Shown here: positions 27,114-37,501 of the stretch, in pieces
Numbering within the stretch: position 1 is the first letter of the stretch
How the letters are laid out: every line of letters starts with the position of its first letter
From: Longimicrobiales bacterium
Lineage (GTDB): Bacteria > Gemmatimonadota > Gemmatimonadetes > Longimicrobiales > Gaopeijiaceae
Direction of reading: 5' to 3'
Assembly (NCBI GenBank): GCA_965116905.1
Contig: OZ220732.1
Coordinates: 4,096,001 to 4,160,000 of the forward strand
Length of the DNA stretch: 64,000 bases
Notes under the pieces: generated by a model
Told to the model about the DNA's origin: nothing
The model's input: the letters and a program-made list of their open reading frames with translations, nothing else
Databases searched by the model: none
Translations under genes and position numbers: made by a program

Positions 27114-28412
27114 CTACCGCCGCGCGTCGCGCCTCGTCAACGGACTCAGATAGTCGCGGCTGCCGAGGCCCAGCTTGCGCAGCGCGATGCCCGTCATGCA
27201 TTCGTCCACGACCTGCTTGGCATTGAGCGCCGTCGTGTAGCCCGGGTCGACCAGGGGGTTGAGCTCCACCAGGTCGAATCCGACGACGTTGTTCTCGGAG
27301 CAGAGCCCGCGAACGATGGGGAAGACCTCGCGGGGCGTGAGCCCTCCGGGCACGGGCGTGCCGGTGCCCGACGTGTAGGCCGGGTCCATCACGTCGATGT
27401 CGAACGAGATGTGGAGGTATTCGGGCCCGTCGTTGGCCTCGTCCAGAACGCGCTGCATGACCGTGGTCCAGCCGTCACGGTCGATCTCCGCCATGGTGTG
27501 GTAGCGGAACTCGTTTTCGCGCATCCATTCGAAGCCCTCGGGGCCGGGCCAGCTGCCGCGCAGCCCCACCTGGATGAAGTTCCTGCCGAGGATGTGGCCT
27601 TCGTCCACGAGACGGCGCACCGGCTGTGCGTGCGAGATGAGATGGCCGCTGCGGGTGCCCCCGGCGTCGTAGTGGGCGTCGAAGTGGATGACGCCGACGT
27701 TCTCATTGCCGTACACGTCGGCCAGGCCGGCCACGTTGGCGAACTCGATCGAGTGGTCGCCCCCGATGATCACCGGGATCGCGCCGGTCTCCGCGATCTC
27801 GCGGACCATGCGGCGGATCGGCGGCATGCTGCGCTCCGTGCTCAGATTGTCGATCGGAGCGTTGCCGTAGTCCACCGCCGTCAACTCGCTGCGCCAGCGC
27901 ACCATCGTTTCCATGCTGCCAACGCTGCGTCTCATGGCGCGGAACGCGGTCGGGCCCTCGCCGGCCCCGCGAAAGCCGACGCCCATGTCGACCGGGGCGC
28001 CCATGAACGCCACCTCGACTTCGCCCGCGACGAGGTCCTCGATGGTGCGCGCGACGGGCAGGCCGAAGAAGGTCAGGACGGATCCCACGCGGATCGGACC
28101 GGGTTCGCGGGGCGGATCGTTCGAGATGTCCCGGTCCCGCCAGACCTCCAGGTTCGGGTCGTTGGGGTCGAGGCGGATGATCGCGGCCTCGGGGTCGGGG
28201 GCGGCTTCCTGGGCGGTGTCCGGCTCCTCGGGCGCGGCCTCCTGGGCGGCCTGCTGGGCGGCGTCCGATGCCTCGGCCGCATCCGCGGGCTGGGCGCCGG
28301 TTGCCTCGGCGCCGGAATCGGCGGGCGGAGCCTCGCAGCCCCACGCAAGCACGCCGAACAGGAGGAGCAGCGCGGCTGGGCGAAGCGGTGACGGGGACGA
28401 AGGATCTCTCAT
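27114..28412 (-). CDS. Agmatinase/ureohydrolase-family lipoprotein
   Basis: Lipobox AWGC and Ala/Glu-rich linker; GGDHS, HFDAHYD, SFDIDVMD, TGTPVPGG, VELNP. Confidence 0.88.
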   Translation of the reverse strand: MRDPSSPSPLRPAALLLLFGVLAWGCEAPPADSGAEATGAQPADAAEASDAAQQAAQEAAPEEPDTAQEAAPDPEAAIIRLDPNDPNLEVWRDRDISNDPPREPGPIRVGSVLTFFGLPVARTIEDLVAGEVEVAFMGAPVDMGVGFRGAGEGPTAFRAMRRSVGSMETMVRWRSELTAVDYGNAPIDNLSTERSMPPIRRMVREIAETGAIPVIIGGDHSIEFANVAGLADVYGNENVGVIHFDAHYDAGGTRSGHLISHAQPVRRLVDEGHILGRNFIQVGLRGSWPGPEGFEWMRENEFRYHTMAEIDRDGWTTVMQRVLDEANDGPEYLHISFDIDVMDPAYTSGTGTPVPGGLTPREVFPIVRGLCSENNVVGFDLVELNPLVDPGYTTALNAKQVVDECMTGIALRKLGLGSRDYLSPLTRRDARR

Positions 28413-28501
28413 GGAGCACAGTGTAGGCTTCGTGCCGTTTGCCCGCCAGCCTGGGAGACGGGCATGTTCCCCGCTCCGCTTCGCTCGACAGGAGACTCCC
28501 C

Positions 28502-29917
28502 ATGACCGTTCCCCGAGTGGTCGCCGTCGCATGGCCGATCATCGCTGTGGCGGTGTTGTCGGCTGCCGCGTGCGGGCCGGAGGGCGCGCGGACCAGCTCG
28601 TCGGCCGAGCAGGCCACCCTCGCGATCGAATCCGTCACGGTCATCCCGATGGACGGCGAGCAGGTGCTGCGCGACATGACCGTGCTCGTGGGCGACGGGC
28701 GCGTGCTCGCGGTTGCACCCGCCGACGACGCCGAGGCGGCCATCCCCGACGGAAACCTGCGCGTCGACGGCCGCGGCCGCTTCCTGATCCCCGGCCTCAA
28801 CGACATGCACGTCCACTTCCAGGACTCGTCGGCTCTCGGCCGCTTTATTGCCACTGGCGTCACGGGTGTGCGCGTGCTCTGGGGCGGGCCACCGACGCTC
28901 GACTTCCGCGACCGGATCGCCCGCGGCGAACTCGCCGGACCCGACATCTACACCGCCGGCACGATCATCGAGGGGCTGCCGCCGCCGGAACTGGCCGCCG
29001 TCATCGACACGGCCGGACGCGTGATCGTGCACGACAGCATCGACGGCGCCCGCGCGGTCCGGGAGCAGCACGCCGCCGGCTACGACTTCATCAAGGTCTA
29101 CAACAACGTGCCCGCGGCTGCGTATCGGGGGATCGTCGCCGAGGCCGCCGCGCTCGGCATCCCGGTGGCGGGCCACGTCCCCTTCGAGGTGGGGCTCGAC
29201 GGAGCGCTCGCGGCGGGCCAGGCCAGCATCGAGCACCTGCGGGGGTACATCTGGCACCTCGTGCCGGAAGACGCGCCCAACCAGCCCGGCGCCGACCTCC
29301 GCTCCCGCACGCTGGCGTGGGCGCACGGCGACCTCTCCCGTATCCAGGCGCTCGCCGAACGCACCCGCGACGCCGGCGTGTGGAGCGTCCCGACGCTCTC
29401 GGTCCGCATGATCATGAAGCCTGACCGCCTGGTCGAGGCCTACCTCGCCACGGAAGAAGCGTCCCACATGTCCGAGGGCATGCGCGCCTTCTACACCGAG
29501 CGCATGTCGATCCCGTGGATGAGCAACTTCACCGCGGACGACTTCGAAGCCGCGATGGACGGGTTCGCGGTGGCCGATTCCCTGATCCGCGCGCTGGTGG
29601 GCGTGGGCGCGCCGGTGATGGCCGGAACCGACACCCCGCCGCTCGGCTTCGCGCTTCACCGCGAGCTGGAGGAGCTGGTGGGCGCGGGGTTGTCCCCGTT
29701 TGAGGCGTTGCAGAGCGCCACGGTCCTCCCGGCGCGCTTCCTGGGTCGTGGCGGGGGATCGGGCATGGTGACGGAGGGGAGTCCCGCCGACCTGGTGCTG
29801 CTGGACGCCGATCCCCTGGCCGCCATCGGCAACACGCGACGAATCGCGGGGGTGGTGCGGCGCGGGGAGTGGCTCGACCGGGCCACATTGGACGCCATGC
29901 TGGCAGGCCGTGGATGA
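28502..29917 (+). CDS. Amidohydrolase-family lipoprotein
   Basis: Lipobox AAAC; IPGLNDMHVH, IKVY, GH, EH, AGTD, ADLVLLDADPL. Confidence 0.88.
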   Translation: MTVPRVVAVAWPIIAVAVLSAAACGPEGARTSSSAEQATLAIESVTVIPMDGEQVLRDMTVLVGDGRVLAVAPADDAEAAIPDGNLRVDGRGRFLIPGLNDMHVHFQDSSALGRFIATGVTGVRVLWGGPPTLDFRDRIARGELAGPDIYTAGTIIEGLPPPELAAVIDTAGRVIVHDSIDGARAVREQHAAGYDFIKVYNNVPAAAYRGIVAEAAALGIPVAGHVPFEVGLDGALAAGQASIEHLRGYIWHLVPEDAPNQPGADLRSRTLAWAHGDLSRIQALAERTRDAGVWSVPTLSVRMIMKPDRLVEAYLATEEASHMSEGMRAFYTERMSIPWMSNFTADDFEAAMDGFAVADSLIRALVGVGAPVMAGTDTPPLGFALHRELEELVGAGLSPFEALQSATVLPARFLGRGGGSGMVTEGSPADLVLLDADPLAAIGNTRRIAGVVRRGEWLDRATLDAMLAGRG

Positions 29918-29939
29918 ACCCCAAGGAGGCCGCAGGACG

Positions 29940-31382
29940 ATGATCTGGCTGACATTGCTTTCCGACCGAGCCAATGCCCGCCCTCCCGTCCCGCGACGGG
30001 CCGCTCCCGCGCACGGGCTCACCGCCCTCTTCGGCACGGCCTTCCTCGTGTTCGTCGCCGCGGCCTGCGCGCCCGTGCCCGATGGCGACCAGGGTGCGCC
30101 CGGCGCGGTGGCCGTGACCAACGCGACCATCATCGACGGCATGGGCGGGGCGCCGATCCCGGGCGGCGTGGTCGTCGTCGAAGGCGACCGGATCGTCGCC
30201 GCGGGGTCCGCCGCCGAGGTTGCCATTCCGGACGGAGCCACCATCATCGACGCGGCAGGTGGCGCGGTCATGCCCGGGCTCGCCGACATGCACGTTCACA
30301 TGGTGGGTGGATGGGACGGCGTCAGCACCGAGATGCTGGGCTATCGCCGCTACCTGAACGCGCTGCTGCACGCGGGCGTCACCACGGTCTTCGACGCCGG
30401 GAACGTGCTGCCGTTCATCCAGCAGATCCAGGCCGAGATCGAGGCGGGGCGGCTTCCGGGCCCCCGGGTCTATATGGCGGGACCGCTCGTGGACGGCCCC
30501 GTGCCGATATGGCCGCCCATCACCTACTTCACCTTTGAGGCCTCTGCCATGTGGAGGCACGCGTCTCAGCTGGCCGCGGCCGGGGTGGACGCGCTCAAGG
30601 GATACGCCGGCCTCAACGCGGAGATGGTCGACTCGCTGGTGCAGGCGGGTGCCGAGTTCGGTCTGCCCGTGATCGTGGACCTGGGCTCGCGCGGCGACTA
30701 CGCGGCCGCGGTCGAGGCGGGCGTCCTGGCGCGTGCCCATGCCCCTTCCGGTCCGCTGAGCGACGATGAGATCGCGGCAATGGTGGAACACGGCACGGCT
30801 ACGATCACGACGCTGGCCGTGCTGGAATCCTTCGCGCGGCGGCGGCTGAACGACCTGGAGTTCCTCGACCACCCGCTGATCGCTGCCACCACTCCCCCAT
30901 GGTTCCTCGAAGCGCTGCGGGAACACGCCACGCGGACCCTGTCGGACGCGGAAGCCGGGTTTGTGGCCACGATCGAGGAGCGCCTCATGACCGCGATGAC
31001 CAACGTGAAACGGCTGAGCGACGCCGGCGTGCTGCTTGTCGCCGGCACGGACGCACCCTACCCCGGCGTCTTCCAGGGCGAAGGCATCCACCGCGAGCTG
31101 GAACTGCTCGTCGAGGCCGGCCTCACGCCGCTTCAGGCGATCACCGTCGCGACTCACAACGCGGCCCGGCTCATGGACGCGAGCGACGAGTGGGGCGTGA
31201 TCGCACCCGGGATGGTCGCGGACCTGCTGGTGGTGCGGAGCAACCCGGCCGAGAACATCGGAGCGACCCGCGACATCCTGGCCGTGATCCAGCGCGGCGT
31301 CGTCCTGGATCGCTCGCAGCTCGTGTTCAGCGCGCTCGACGACCCCGGGTTCAGGACGGTGGGCTCGGTGGCAGCCAACTGA
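29940..31382 (+). CDS. Amidohydrolase-family lipoprotein
   Basis: MPGLADMHVH, AGTDAP, HRELELLVEAGLTP, ADLLVV; RBS AAGGAGG. Confidence 0.88.
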   Translation: MIWLTLLSDRANARPPVPRRAAPAHGLTALFGTAFLVFVAAACAPVPDGDQGAPGAVAVTNATIIDGMGGAPIPGGVVVVEGDRIVAAGSAAEVAIPDGATIIDAAGGAVMPGLADMHVHMVGGWDGVSTEMLGYRRYLNALLHAGVTTVFDAGNVLPFIQQIQAEIEAGRLPGPRVYMAGPLVDGPVPIWPPITYFTFEASAMWRHASQLAAAGVDALKGYAGLNAEMVDSLVQAGAEFGLPVIVDLGSRGDYAAAVEAGVLARAHAPSGPLSDDEIAAMVEHGTATITTLAVLESFARRRLNDLEFLDHPLIAATTPPWFLEALREHATRTLSDAEAGFVATIEERLMTAMTNVKRLSDAGVLLVAGTDAPYPGVFQGEGIHRELELLVEAGLTPLQAITVATHNAARLMDASDEWGVIAPGMVADLLVVRSNPAENIGATRDILAVIQRGVVLDRSQLVFSALDDPGFRTVGSVAAN

Positions 31383-31392
31383 GGGGCAAGTG

Positions 31393-32130
31393 CTACGGCT
31401 TTCTCGCGACGAAGAACATCCTGCCCTCGTGCAACGAGCCCTCCAGGACGGCGTCGTTGCCACCGACAGACTGCAGCTGTTCGAATCCGGCCTTTCGCAG
31501 TCGTCCCCTGATTTCACTCTCGCCATACCAGCGTTGAGTCAAGGGGAAATCGGACCTTCGCCAGGCCGAACCCTTCAGCTCGAACAGGGTCACATCAAGC
31601 CTGCCGGTTTTTTCATCCGAATCATGTGAAGATCGAACCACGCAGACGTGGTCCTCCTCTACATATCCGAACGAGCCTCGCCATCTGGACCGGTAGCCTT
31701 CTTCCATGTTGAGGTCGAACGCGAAGTAGCCGCCGCCTTCCAGGACCGCGAATACGCTGTGAAACACCTGTTCCAGACCTTCCGGACTCATCACGTGATT
31801 CAGGCTGTCGAATGTCGAGAAAACCGCAGAAAACGTGTGGGGCAAAGCGATGTTCCGGGCGTCCTGGACGACGAATTCCACGTCGGGAGCGTTTTGCCTC
31901 GCGATCTCGATCATCTGCTCCGAGCCATCCAGGCCCGTCGTGCGGTATCCTTGCTGCGCAAGCTCGGCGGCAAGCTGTCCGGTGCCACAGCAGAGATCCA
32001 GTACGGCACTTCCAGGGGCAAGATTCTGCAAGACCAAATGGTCGAGGATCGGGTACGCCTCCGTCGCGAAGAAACCCCAGTGCTGGTTATAGGTGCGCGC
32101 AAAGGGATCATACGCGTCGTAGCGGGTCAC
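31393..32130 (-). CDS. Class I SAM-dependent methyltransferase
   Basis: VLDLCCGTG, FDSLNH, GGYFAFD; GTG start after GGAGA. Confidence 0.88.
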   Translation of the reverse strand: MTRYDAYDPFARTYNQHWGFFATEAYPILDHLVLQNLAPGSAVLDLCCGTGQLAAELAQQGYRTTGLDGSEQMIEIARQNAPDVEFVVQDARNIALPHTFSAVFSTFDSLNHVMSPEGLEQVFHSVFAVLEGGGYFAFDLNMEEGYRSRWRGSFGYVEEDHVCVVRSSHDSDEKTGRLDVTLFELKGSAWRRSDFPLTQRWYGESEIRGRLRKAGFEQLQSVGGNDAVLEGSLHEGRMFFVARKP

Positions 32131-32222
32131 TTCGGGATCTCCTTCCGGGAAGGGTGGCAATGGGAATCCGGCGCATTGCTACCTTAACTCAATCGCACGC
32201 AACCCGGACGGAAGACCTTCAT

Positions 32223-33488
32223 ATGAACCATCTACGCTGCTTCGGATTCCTCGTTCTTTTCGCCCCTGTCGCCGGGTGCACCCCGGACGGCTCGGGCGGT
32301 TCGGACGGACGGCCAGGTGACGACAGCGACATCGTCAGGACCGCACTGCACGATTTCCGAGTGGAAGCGGTGGCCGACGGCCTGGTGCGTCCGTTCGCCA
32401 TGGCCTTCACCCCCGAAGGCGATCTGCTCGTAACGGAGCGGCCGGGCCGACTTCGAATCGTCCGCGACGGGGTCCTCCTTCCTGATTCGGTCGAGGGTCT
32501 GCCGCCGATCCGGGCACTCGGGCGCGGTGCCCGTTCCATGAGCGGTTTCGAGCAGGCCGGATTGCGCGACGCGATCCTTCATCCGGAGTTCGAGACGAAC
32601 CGCCTCCTCTATCTCAGCTACGTGAAGCCGGGGCCCGACTCGCTGGGCACGATCGCGATCGCCCGGGGCCGGTTCGAGAACGACCGGCTGACGGATGTCG
32701 AGGAGCTTTTCCATGCGGATGCGTTCGGGAACGGGACGGACCGGAGTTCCATGTGGGGCGGACGCCTCGTCTTCGACCACGATGGCTACCTGTTCATGAC
32801 GCTGGGCGACCGGCAGTGGCCGTCTGCGGGCGACCTGGAGGCGCATCCGGCCCAGGATCTGTCGAACCACAACGGGAGCACGATCCGGATCCACGACGAC
32901 GGGCGCGTCCCGGCGGACAACCCGTTCGTGGGCCGGGAGGGGGTCCATCCCGAGATCTGGACGTGGGGCCACCGGAACGCGCAGGGAATGGCGATGCACC
33001 CCGAAACAGGAGACCTGTGGCAGAACGAGCACGGCCCGCAGGGTGGCGATGAACTCAACCTGATCGAGCCCGGCCGCAACTACGGCTGGCCCGTCGTGGG
33101 GTACGGCGTGAACTACCGGACGGGTTCACGCATTCACCCGGGGACGCTCATGGACGCCATGGAGCCGCCAGACCATGTCTGGGTGCCCTCGATCGGCGTC
33201 TCCGGGATGCTCTTCTACACGGGCGACGCATTCCCGGAGTGGCGCGGTGACATGCTCGTCGGCGGCCTCAGCGGACGCCGCCTTGTCCGCCTGCGGCTGG
33301 AAGGCCGTGAGGTGACGGACGAGGAGACGATCCTGCAGGGGATCGGCGGCATCCCCGACATCGGTCGCGTCCGGGACGTTCGGCAGGGACCGGACGGCTT
33401 CATCTACCTCGCCATCGACGGAGAGACACGGGACGTCGACGGGCCGGCGACCGGCATCGTGCGGCTCGTGCCGGCTGGGCGACGATAG
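32223..33488 (+). CDS. PQQ-dependent sugar dehydrogenase (GSDH/YliI family) lipoprotein
   Basis: Lipobox VAGC; LLVTERPGRL, GHRNAQG, EHGPQGGDELN, NYGWP, RVRDVRQGPDG. Confidence 0.9.
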   Translation: MNHLRCFGFLVLFAPVAGCTPDGSGGSDGRPGDDSDIVRTALHDFRVEAVADGLVRPFAMAFTPEGDLLVTERPGRLRIVRDGVLLPDSVEGLPPIRALGRGARSMSGFEQAGLRDAILHPEFETNRLLYLSYVKPGPDSLGTIAIARGRFENDRLTDVEELFHADAFGNGTDRSSMWGGRLVFDHDGYLFMTLGDRQWPSAGDLEAHPAQDLSNHNGSTIRIHDDGRVPADNPFVGREGVHPEIWTWGHRNAQGMAMHPETGDLWQNEHGPQGGDELNLIEPGRNYGWPVVGYGVNYRTGSRIHPGTLMDAMEPPDHVWVPSIGVSGMLFYTGDAFPEWRGDMLVGGLSGRRLVRLRLEGREVTDEETILQGIGGIPDIGRVRDVRQGPDGFIYLAIDGETRDVDGPATGIVRLVPAGRR

Positions 33489-33539
33489 CCTATGTTGAAA
33501 GGTTGACCACCGACATCCGTCGTTTCTGGGGACGGGCGC

Positions 33540-36032
33540 GTGAAAACACTGGGTGCTAGTGCGTTTCTGTTGCTCTGGTTCGCCCTCACGGGGCAGCCCT
33601 CGGGGGATCGTGCGTCCGGTCCGGCACCCTCCGTGCACGGCCCGGATGTCGGCGTGGCGGCCATCGGCGACATGGCCGTCGACGACGCGGCAGATCTGAC
33701 CGGCGTCGTGCAACGCTACTGTGTTCGCTGTCACAACGAGCGCCTACTCCGCGGGAACCTCACGCTGGAGGAGTTCGACGTTGCGAGCGCGCAGGAGCAG
33801 GCGCCGACGGCGGAGAAGATGATCCGGAAGCTGCGCGCCGGGATGATGCCGCCGCCGGGCCAGCGGCGCCCGCCCCCGGACACCCTGCGCGCCCTGGTCG
33901 AGACCCTCGAGGCCGTGGTCGACCAGGAAGCGGCCCGTGACCGGAACCCCGGCTCGCGGCGCTTCCAGCGGCTTAACCGGGCCGAGTACGAGCGCGTGAT
34001 CCGCGATCTTCTCGACCTCGAGATCGATGCGAGCCGCTGGCTGCCCGCGGACACATACCTGGGCGCCTTCGACAACATGGCGGACGCTCAGGGGCTCTCG
34101 ACGACGCTCCTCGAGGCGTACCTGAGGGCCGCGACGGAGGTAAGCCGGCTCGCCGTCGGCAACCCGGAGGCGCTGTCGAAGACGGCCAAGTATACGAATC
34201 CGATCGATGTCTCCCAGCATGCGTGGGACCACATCGAGGGCACGCCGTACGGGACGCGCGGCGGAATGGTTGTGACCCACGACTTCCCCGTGGACGGAGA
34301 GTACGTGATCGCGATCGAAACGCTCTTCGGTCAGGGCACCGGCTTCCAGGATGTCGACATCTCCGTCGACGGTGAGGGGGTGGCGCTCCTCGGCCTCGAG
34401 CACGGGGGACGCTCCACGGTGCCGATCCGCACCGAGCCGATCTTCGTGCGGGCAGGCCAGCGCCTGGTCGCGGCCGCGTTCGTGCGGACGATCGAGGGAC
34501 CGTACGAGGATCGCCTGAAGACGCCCGGCTGGTCGTTTGTCGGCGGTGAGGACTCCCAGGCATGGGCGAACTACGGGATCACGGCGCTTCCTCACCTGAG
34601 TGAGCTGATGATCACCGGGCCACAGCGCAGCACGGGGCTTTCGGAGACGCCGAGCCGCAGCGCGATCTTCCACTGCCATCCGGGACGGAGTGTGGCGGTG
34701 GGCGGAGCAGCAGCGGCGGCGACAGATGCGGGAGCGGCGACAGCGGCCGCGGCCCGCGCCTGCGCCGAGTCCATCGTGGCCCGGCTCGCGCGCGAAGCCT
34801 ACCGGCGTCCGGTCACGGACGAGGACCTCGCCGGCCCAATGGCCTTCTACGACCAGGCGGCGGCCGAGGATGGCTTCGAGATCGGCGTTCGGACCGCGCT
34901 GCAGGCGATCCTCGCCGGCCCGTCCTTCATCTTCCGTCTCGAACAGGCGCCACCCGGGGCCGCGGCTGGAGAGAGCTACCGCATCGCGGACATCGACCTC
35001 GCCTCCCGCCTGTCGTTCTTCCTGTGGGCGGCAAGCCCGGACGACGAACTGCTGACGCTGGCGGCGGAGGAGCGGCTTTCGGATCCGGCGGTTTTCGAGT
35101 CGCAGGTGCGCCGGATGCTGGCCGACCCGCGGGCCGAGGCGCTCTCGACGCGCTTCGCCTCGCAGTGGCTGCGGCTTCAGGATGCAGAGGACAACCAGCC
35201 CGAGCCCTATCTCTACCCGGACTTCACCGGTCAGCTTCGCGAGGACCTGGTCCGGGAGACGCAACTTCTCTTCGACCACCTGATCCGGGAAGACCGGAGT
35301 CTTCTCGAACTCTACACGGCGGACTACACCTTCCTGAACGAGCGCCTCGCCGCGCACTACGGGATTCCGGGGATCTCGGGGCCGGGGTTCCGCCGCGTGA
35401 GCTACCCCGACGACAGCCGGCGCGGCGTGATGGGGCATGGAAGCGTGCTGCTCCTGACGTCGATGTCCGCGCGCACGTCGCCCGTCCTGCGCGGCAAATG
35501 GGTGATGGAAGTCCTCATGGGCACGCCGCCGCCACCGCCCCCGCCCAACATCCCCGCCTTCGACGACACCGAGGCCGCGCGGGACGGCCGGCCCCTCACC
35601 ACGCGGCAGCGTCTCGAGATCCACCGGGCGAACCCGACCTGCAATGCGTGCCACAGGTTCATGGACCCGATCGGGCTCGCCCTGGACAACTACGACGTGA
35701 CGGGACGGGTGCGGGTTCGCGAGAACGGCGTCGCGCTCGACACGCGGGGGACCTTCTACGACGGGACCGGGATCAGCACGCCCGCGGGCCTCGTCGACGT
35801 CCTCATGAAGCGGCCGGTCCCGCTGGTCCGCAACTTCACGGCCCACCTTCTGGCCTATGCGATCGGCCGCAGAACCGAGTACTTCGATCAGCCGACGATC
35901 CGGGCCATCGCCCGCGAGGCCGAAGCCGACGACTACAGCATGTCCTCGTTTATCCTCGGCGTCGTGAACAGCGACGCTTTCCGGATGGCGCGTCCGGCGC
36001 CCGCCACGGACAAGCAGGGAGAGACCTCATGA
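33540..36032 (+). CDS. DUF1592/1588/1587/1595/1585 protein with CxxCH motifs
   Basis: CVRCH and CNACH; KLRAGMMPP, RLNRAEY, LASRLSFFLW, RTSPVLRGKW. Confidence 0.9.
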   Translation: MKTLGASAFLLLWFALTGQPSGDRASGPAPSVHGPDVGVAAIGDMAVDDAADLTGVVQRYCVRCHNERLLRGNLTLEEFDVASAQEQAPTAEKMIRKLRAGMMPPPGQRRPPPDTLRALVETLEAVVDQEAARDRNPGSRRFQRLNRAEYERVIRDLLDLEIDASRWLPADTYLGAFDNMADAQGLSTTLLEAYLRAATEVSRLAVGNPEALSKTAKYTNPIDVSQHAWDHIEGTPYGTRGGMVVTHDFPVDGEYVIAIETLFGQGTGFQDVDISVDGEGVALLGLEHGGRSTVPIRTEPIFVRAGQRLVAAAFVRTIEGPYEDRLKTPGWSFVGGEDSQAWANYGITALPHLSELMITGPQRSTGLSETPSRSAIFHCHPGRSVAVGGAAAAATDAGAATAAAARACAESIVARLAREAYRRPVTDEDLAGPMAFYDQAAAEDGFEIGVRTALQAILAGPSFIFRLEQAPPGAAAGESYRIADIDLASRLSFFLWAASPDDELLTLAAEERLSDPAVFESQVRRMLADPRAEALSTRFASQWLRLQDAEDNQPEPYLYPDFTGQLREDLVRETQLLFDHLIREDRSLLELYTADYTFLNERLAAHYGIPGISGPGFRRVSYPDDSRRGVMGHGSVLLLTSMSARTSPVLRGKWVMEVLMGTPPPPPPPNIPAFDDTEAARDGRPLTTRQRLEIHRANPTCNACHRFMDPIGLALDNYDVTGRVRVRENGVALDTRGTFYDGTGISTPAGLVDVLMKRPVPLVRNFTAHLLAYAIGRRTEYFDQPTIRAIAREAEADDYSMSSFILGVVNSDAFRMARPAPATDKQGETS

Positions 36033-37501
36033 ACTTCATCACCGGCACACACCTTTCGCGCCGCACTTTCCTGCGGGGAGCCGGCGCCAGCGTGGCCCTG
36101 CCCCTGCTCGACGCGATGGTGCCGGCGGGACGGCTGCGGGCCGACCCGGGGAGTGCGGCAGACTTCACGCGCCTCGTCTGCATCGAGGAGTCGATGGGCG
36201 TGGCCGGATCGAGCGACTGGGGCGATGCCCGCCACCTGTTCGCGCCTGCGAAGACCGGGCGCGACTTCGAACTGGTCGCGGACAGTCAGCTCAAGCCGCT
36301 GGAGGCGTTCCGCGAGTACATGACGATCGTGAGCAACACGGATTGCCGCTCCGCGGAAGCGTTTCGGGCAGAGGAGATCGGCGGCGACCACGACCGCTCG
36401 ACCGCCGTATTCCTGACGCAGGCGCATCCAAGGCAGACGCAGGGATCGGATATCTTCCTCGGCACCTCGCTCGACCAGCTGCACGCACAACGCTTTGGGC
36501 AGGAAACGGTGCTCCCGTCGCTGGAACTGTGCATCGAGGGCATCGATCGCGGCGGCGGCTGCGCGTACAACTACCATTGCGCCTACACGACCTCGCTGGC
36601 GTGGGCCTCACCCAGCCAGCCGCTTCCGGCAATCAGGGAGCCGCGCGTCGTCTTCGAGCGGCTGTTCGGCGCCGGGGACACGGCCGCGGACCGGGCGGCG
36701 CGGCGGCGCACGGACCGCAGCATCATCGACTGGATCGCGACCGAGGTCGTGCGGCTGAGAAGGACCCTGGGGGCGACCGATCGGGTCGCGCTGGAAGAGT
36801 ACGTCGACCACATCCGCGAGCTTGAGCGCCGGATCCAGCTGGTCGAGGCGCGGAACACGAGCGGCGAGGAGCGGGCGATGCCCGAAGCGCCGTCGGGCGT
36901 GCCGGACTCGTTCGAGGAACACATGCAACTGATGTTCGATCTGCAACTCCTTGCGCTGCAGACGGACCTGACGCGGGTCATCACCTTCAAGACCGGTTTC
37001 GATCAGTCGAACCGGACGTTCCCCGGTAGCGGGACGACGAAGTCCATCCACGGGGCCTCGCACCACGGCAACGTTCCCGACGACATCATGGACTTCAACC
37101 GGATCAACACCTACCGGCTCGGGCAGCTCGCGTACTTCCTCGAAAGGATGCGCGACACCGTGGAAGGCGACGCTTCGCTGCTCGACAAGACGGCCATCGT
37201 ATGGGGCTCGCCGATGGCGGACGGCAACCTCCACAACCACCGGCGTGCGCCGCTGCTCGTGCTGGGCGGGGCGAACGGCGCACTGGAGGGCGGCGTCCAT
37301 CTGCGCGCCCCCAACGGGACCCCGATGGCCAATGCCTTCGTGAGCCTCATGCGCAAGATCGGACACCCGGAGATGGCCACGTTCGGCGACAGCGACGGCG
37401 TGTTCTCGCTCGACCTTGCGGACGGGGTGCCTTCGGGCGGCGTGCCCTCGGGCGGCGCGCCCTCGGGTGAGGGCCCCACGGACGGGAACGGTCCGGCATG
37501 A
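36029..37501 (+). CDS. DUF1552 domain protein (Tat-like leader)
   Basis: LSRRTFLRGAGASVALPLLDAM, PRVVFERLFG, HGASHH; ATGA-coupled on both sides. Confidence 0.9.
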   Translation: MNFITGTHLSRRTFLRGAGASVALPLLDAMVPAGRLRADPGSAADFTRLVCIEESMGVAGSSDWGDARHLFAPAKTGRDFELVADSQLKPLEAFREYMTIVSNTDCRSAEAFRAEEIGGDHDRSTAVFLTQAHPRQTQGSDIFLGTSLDQLHAQRFGQETVLPSLELCIEGIDRGGGCAYNYHCAYTTSLAWASPSQPLPAIREPRVVFERLFGAGDTAADRAARRRTDRSIIDWIATEVVRLRRTLGATDRVALEEYVDHIRELERRIQLVEARNTSGEERAMPEAPSGVPDSFEEHMQLMFDLQLLALQTDLTRVITFKTGFDQSNRTFPGSGTTKSIHGASHHGNVPDDIMDFNRINTYRLGQLAYFLERMRDTVEGDASLLDKTAIVWGSPMADGNLHNHRRAPLLVLGGANGALEGGVHLRAPNGTPMANAFVSLMRKIGHPEMATFGDSDGVFSLDLADGVPSGGVPSGGAPSGEGPTDGNGPA

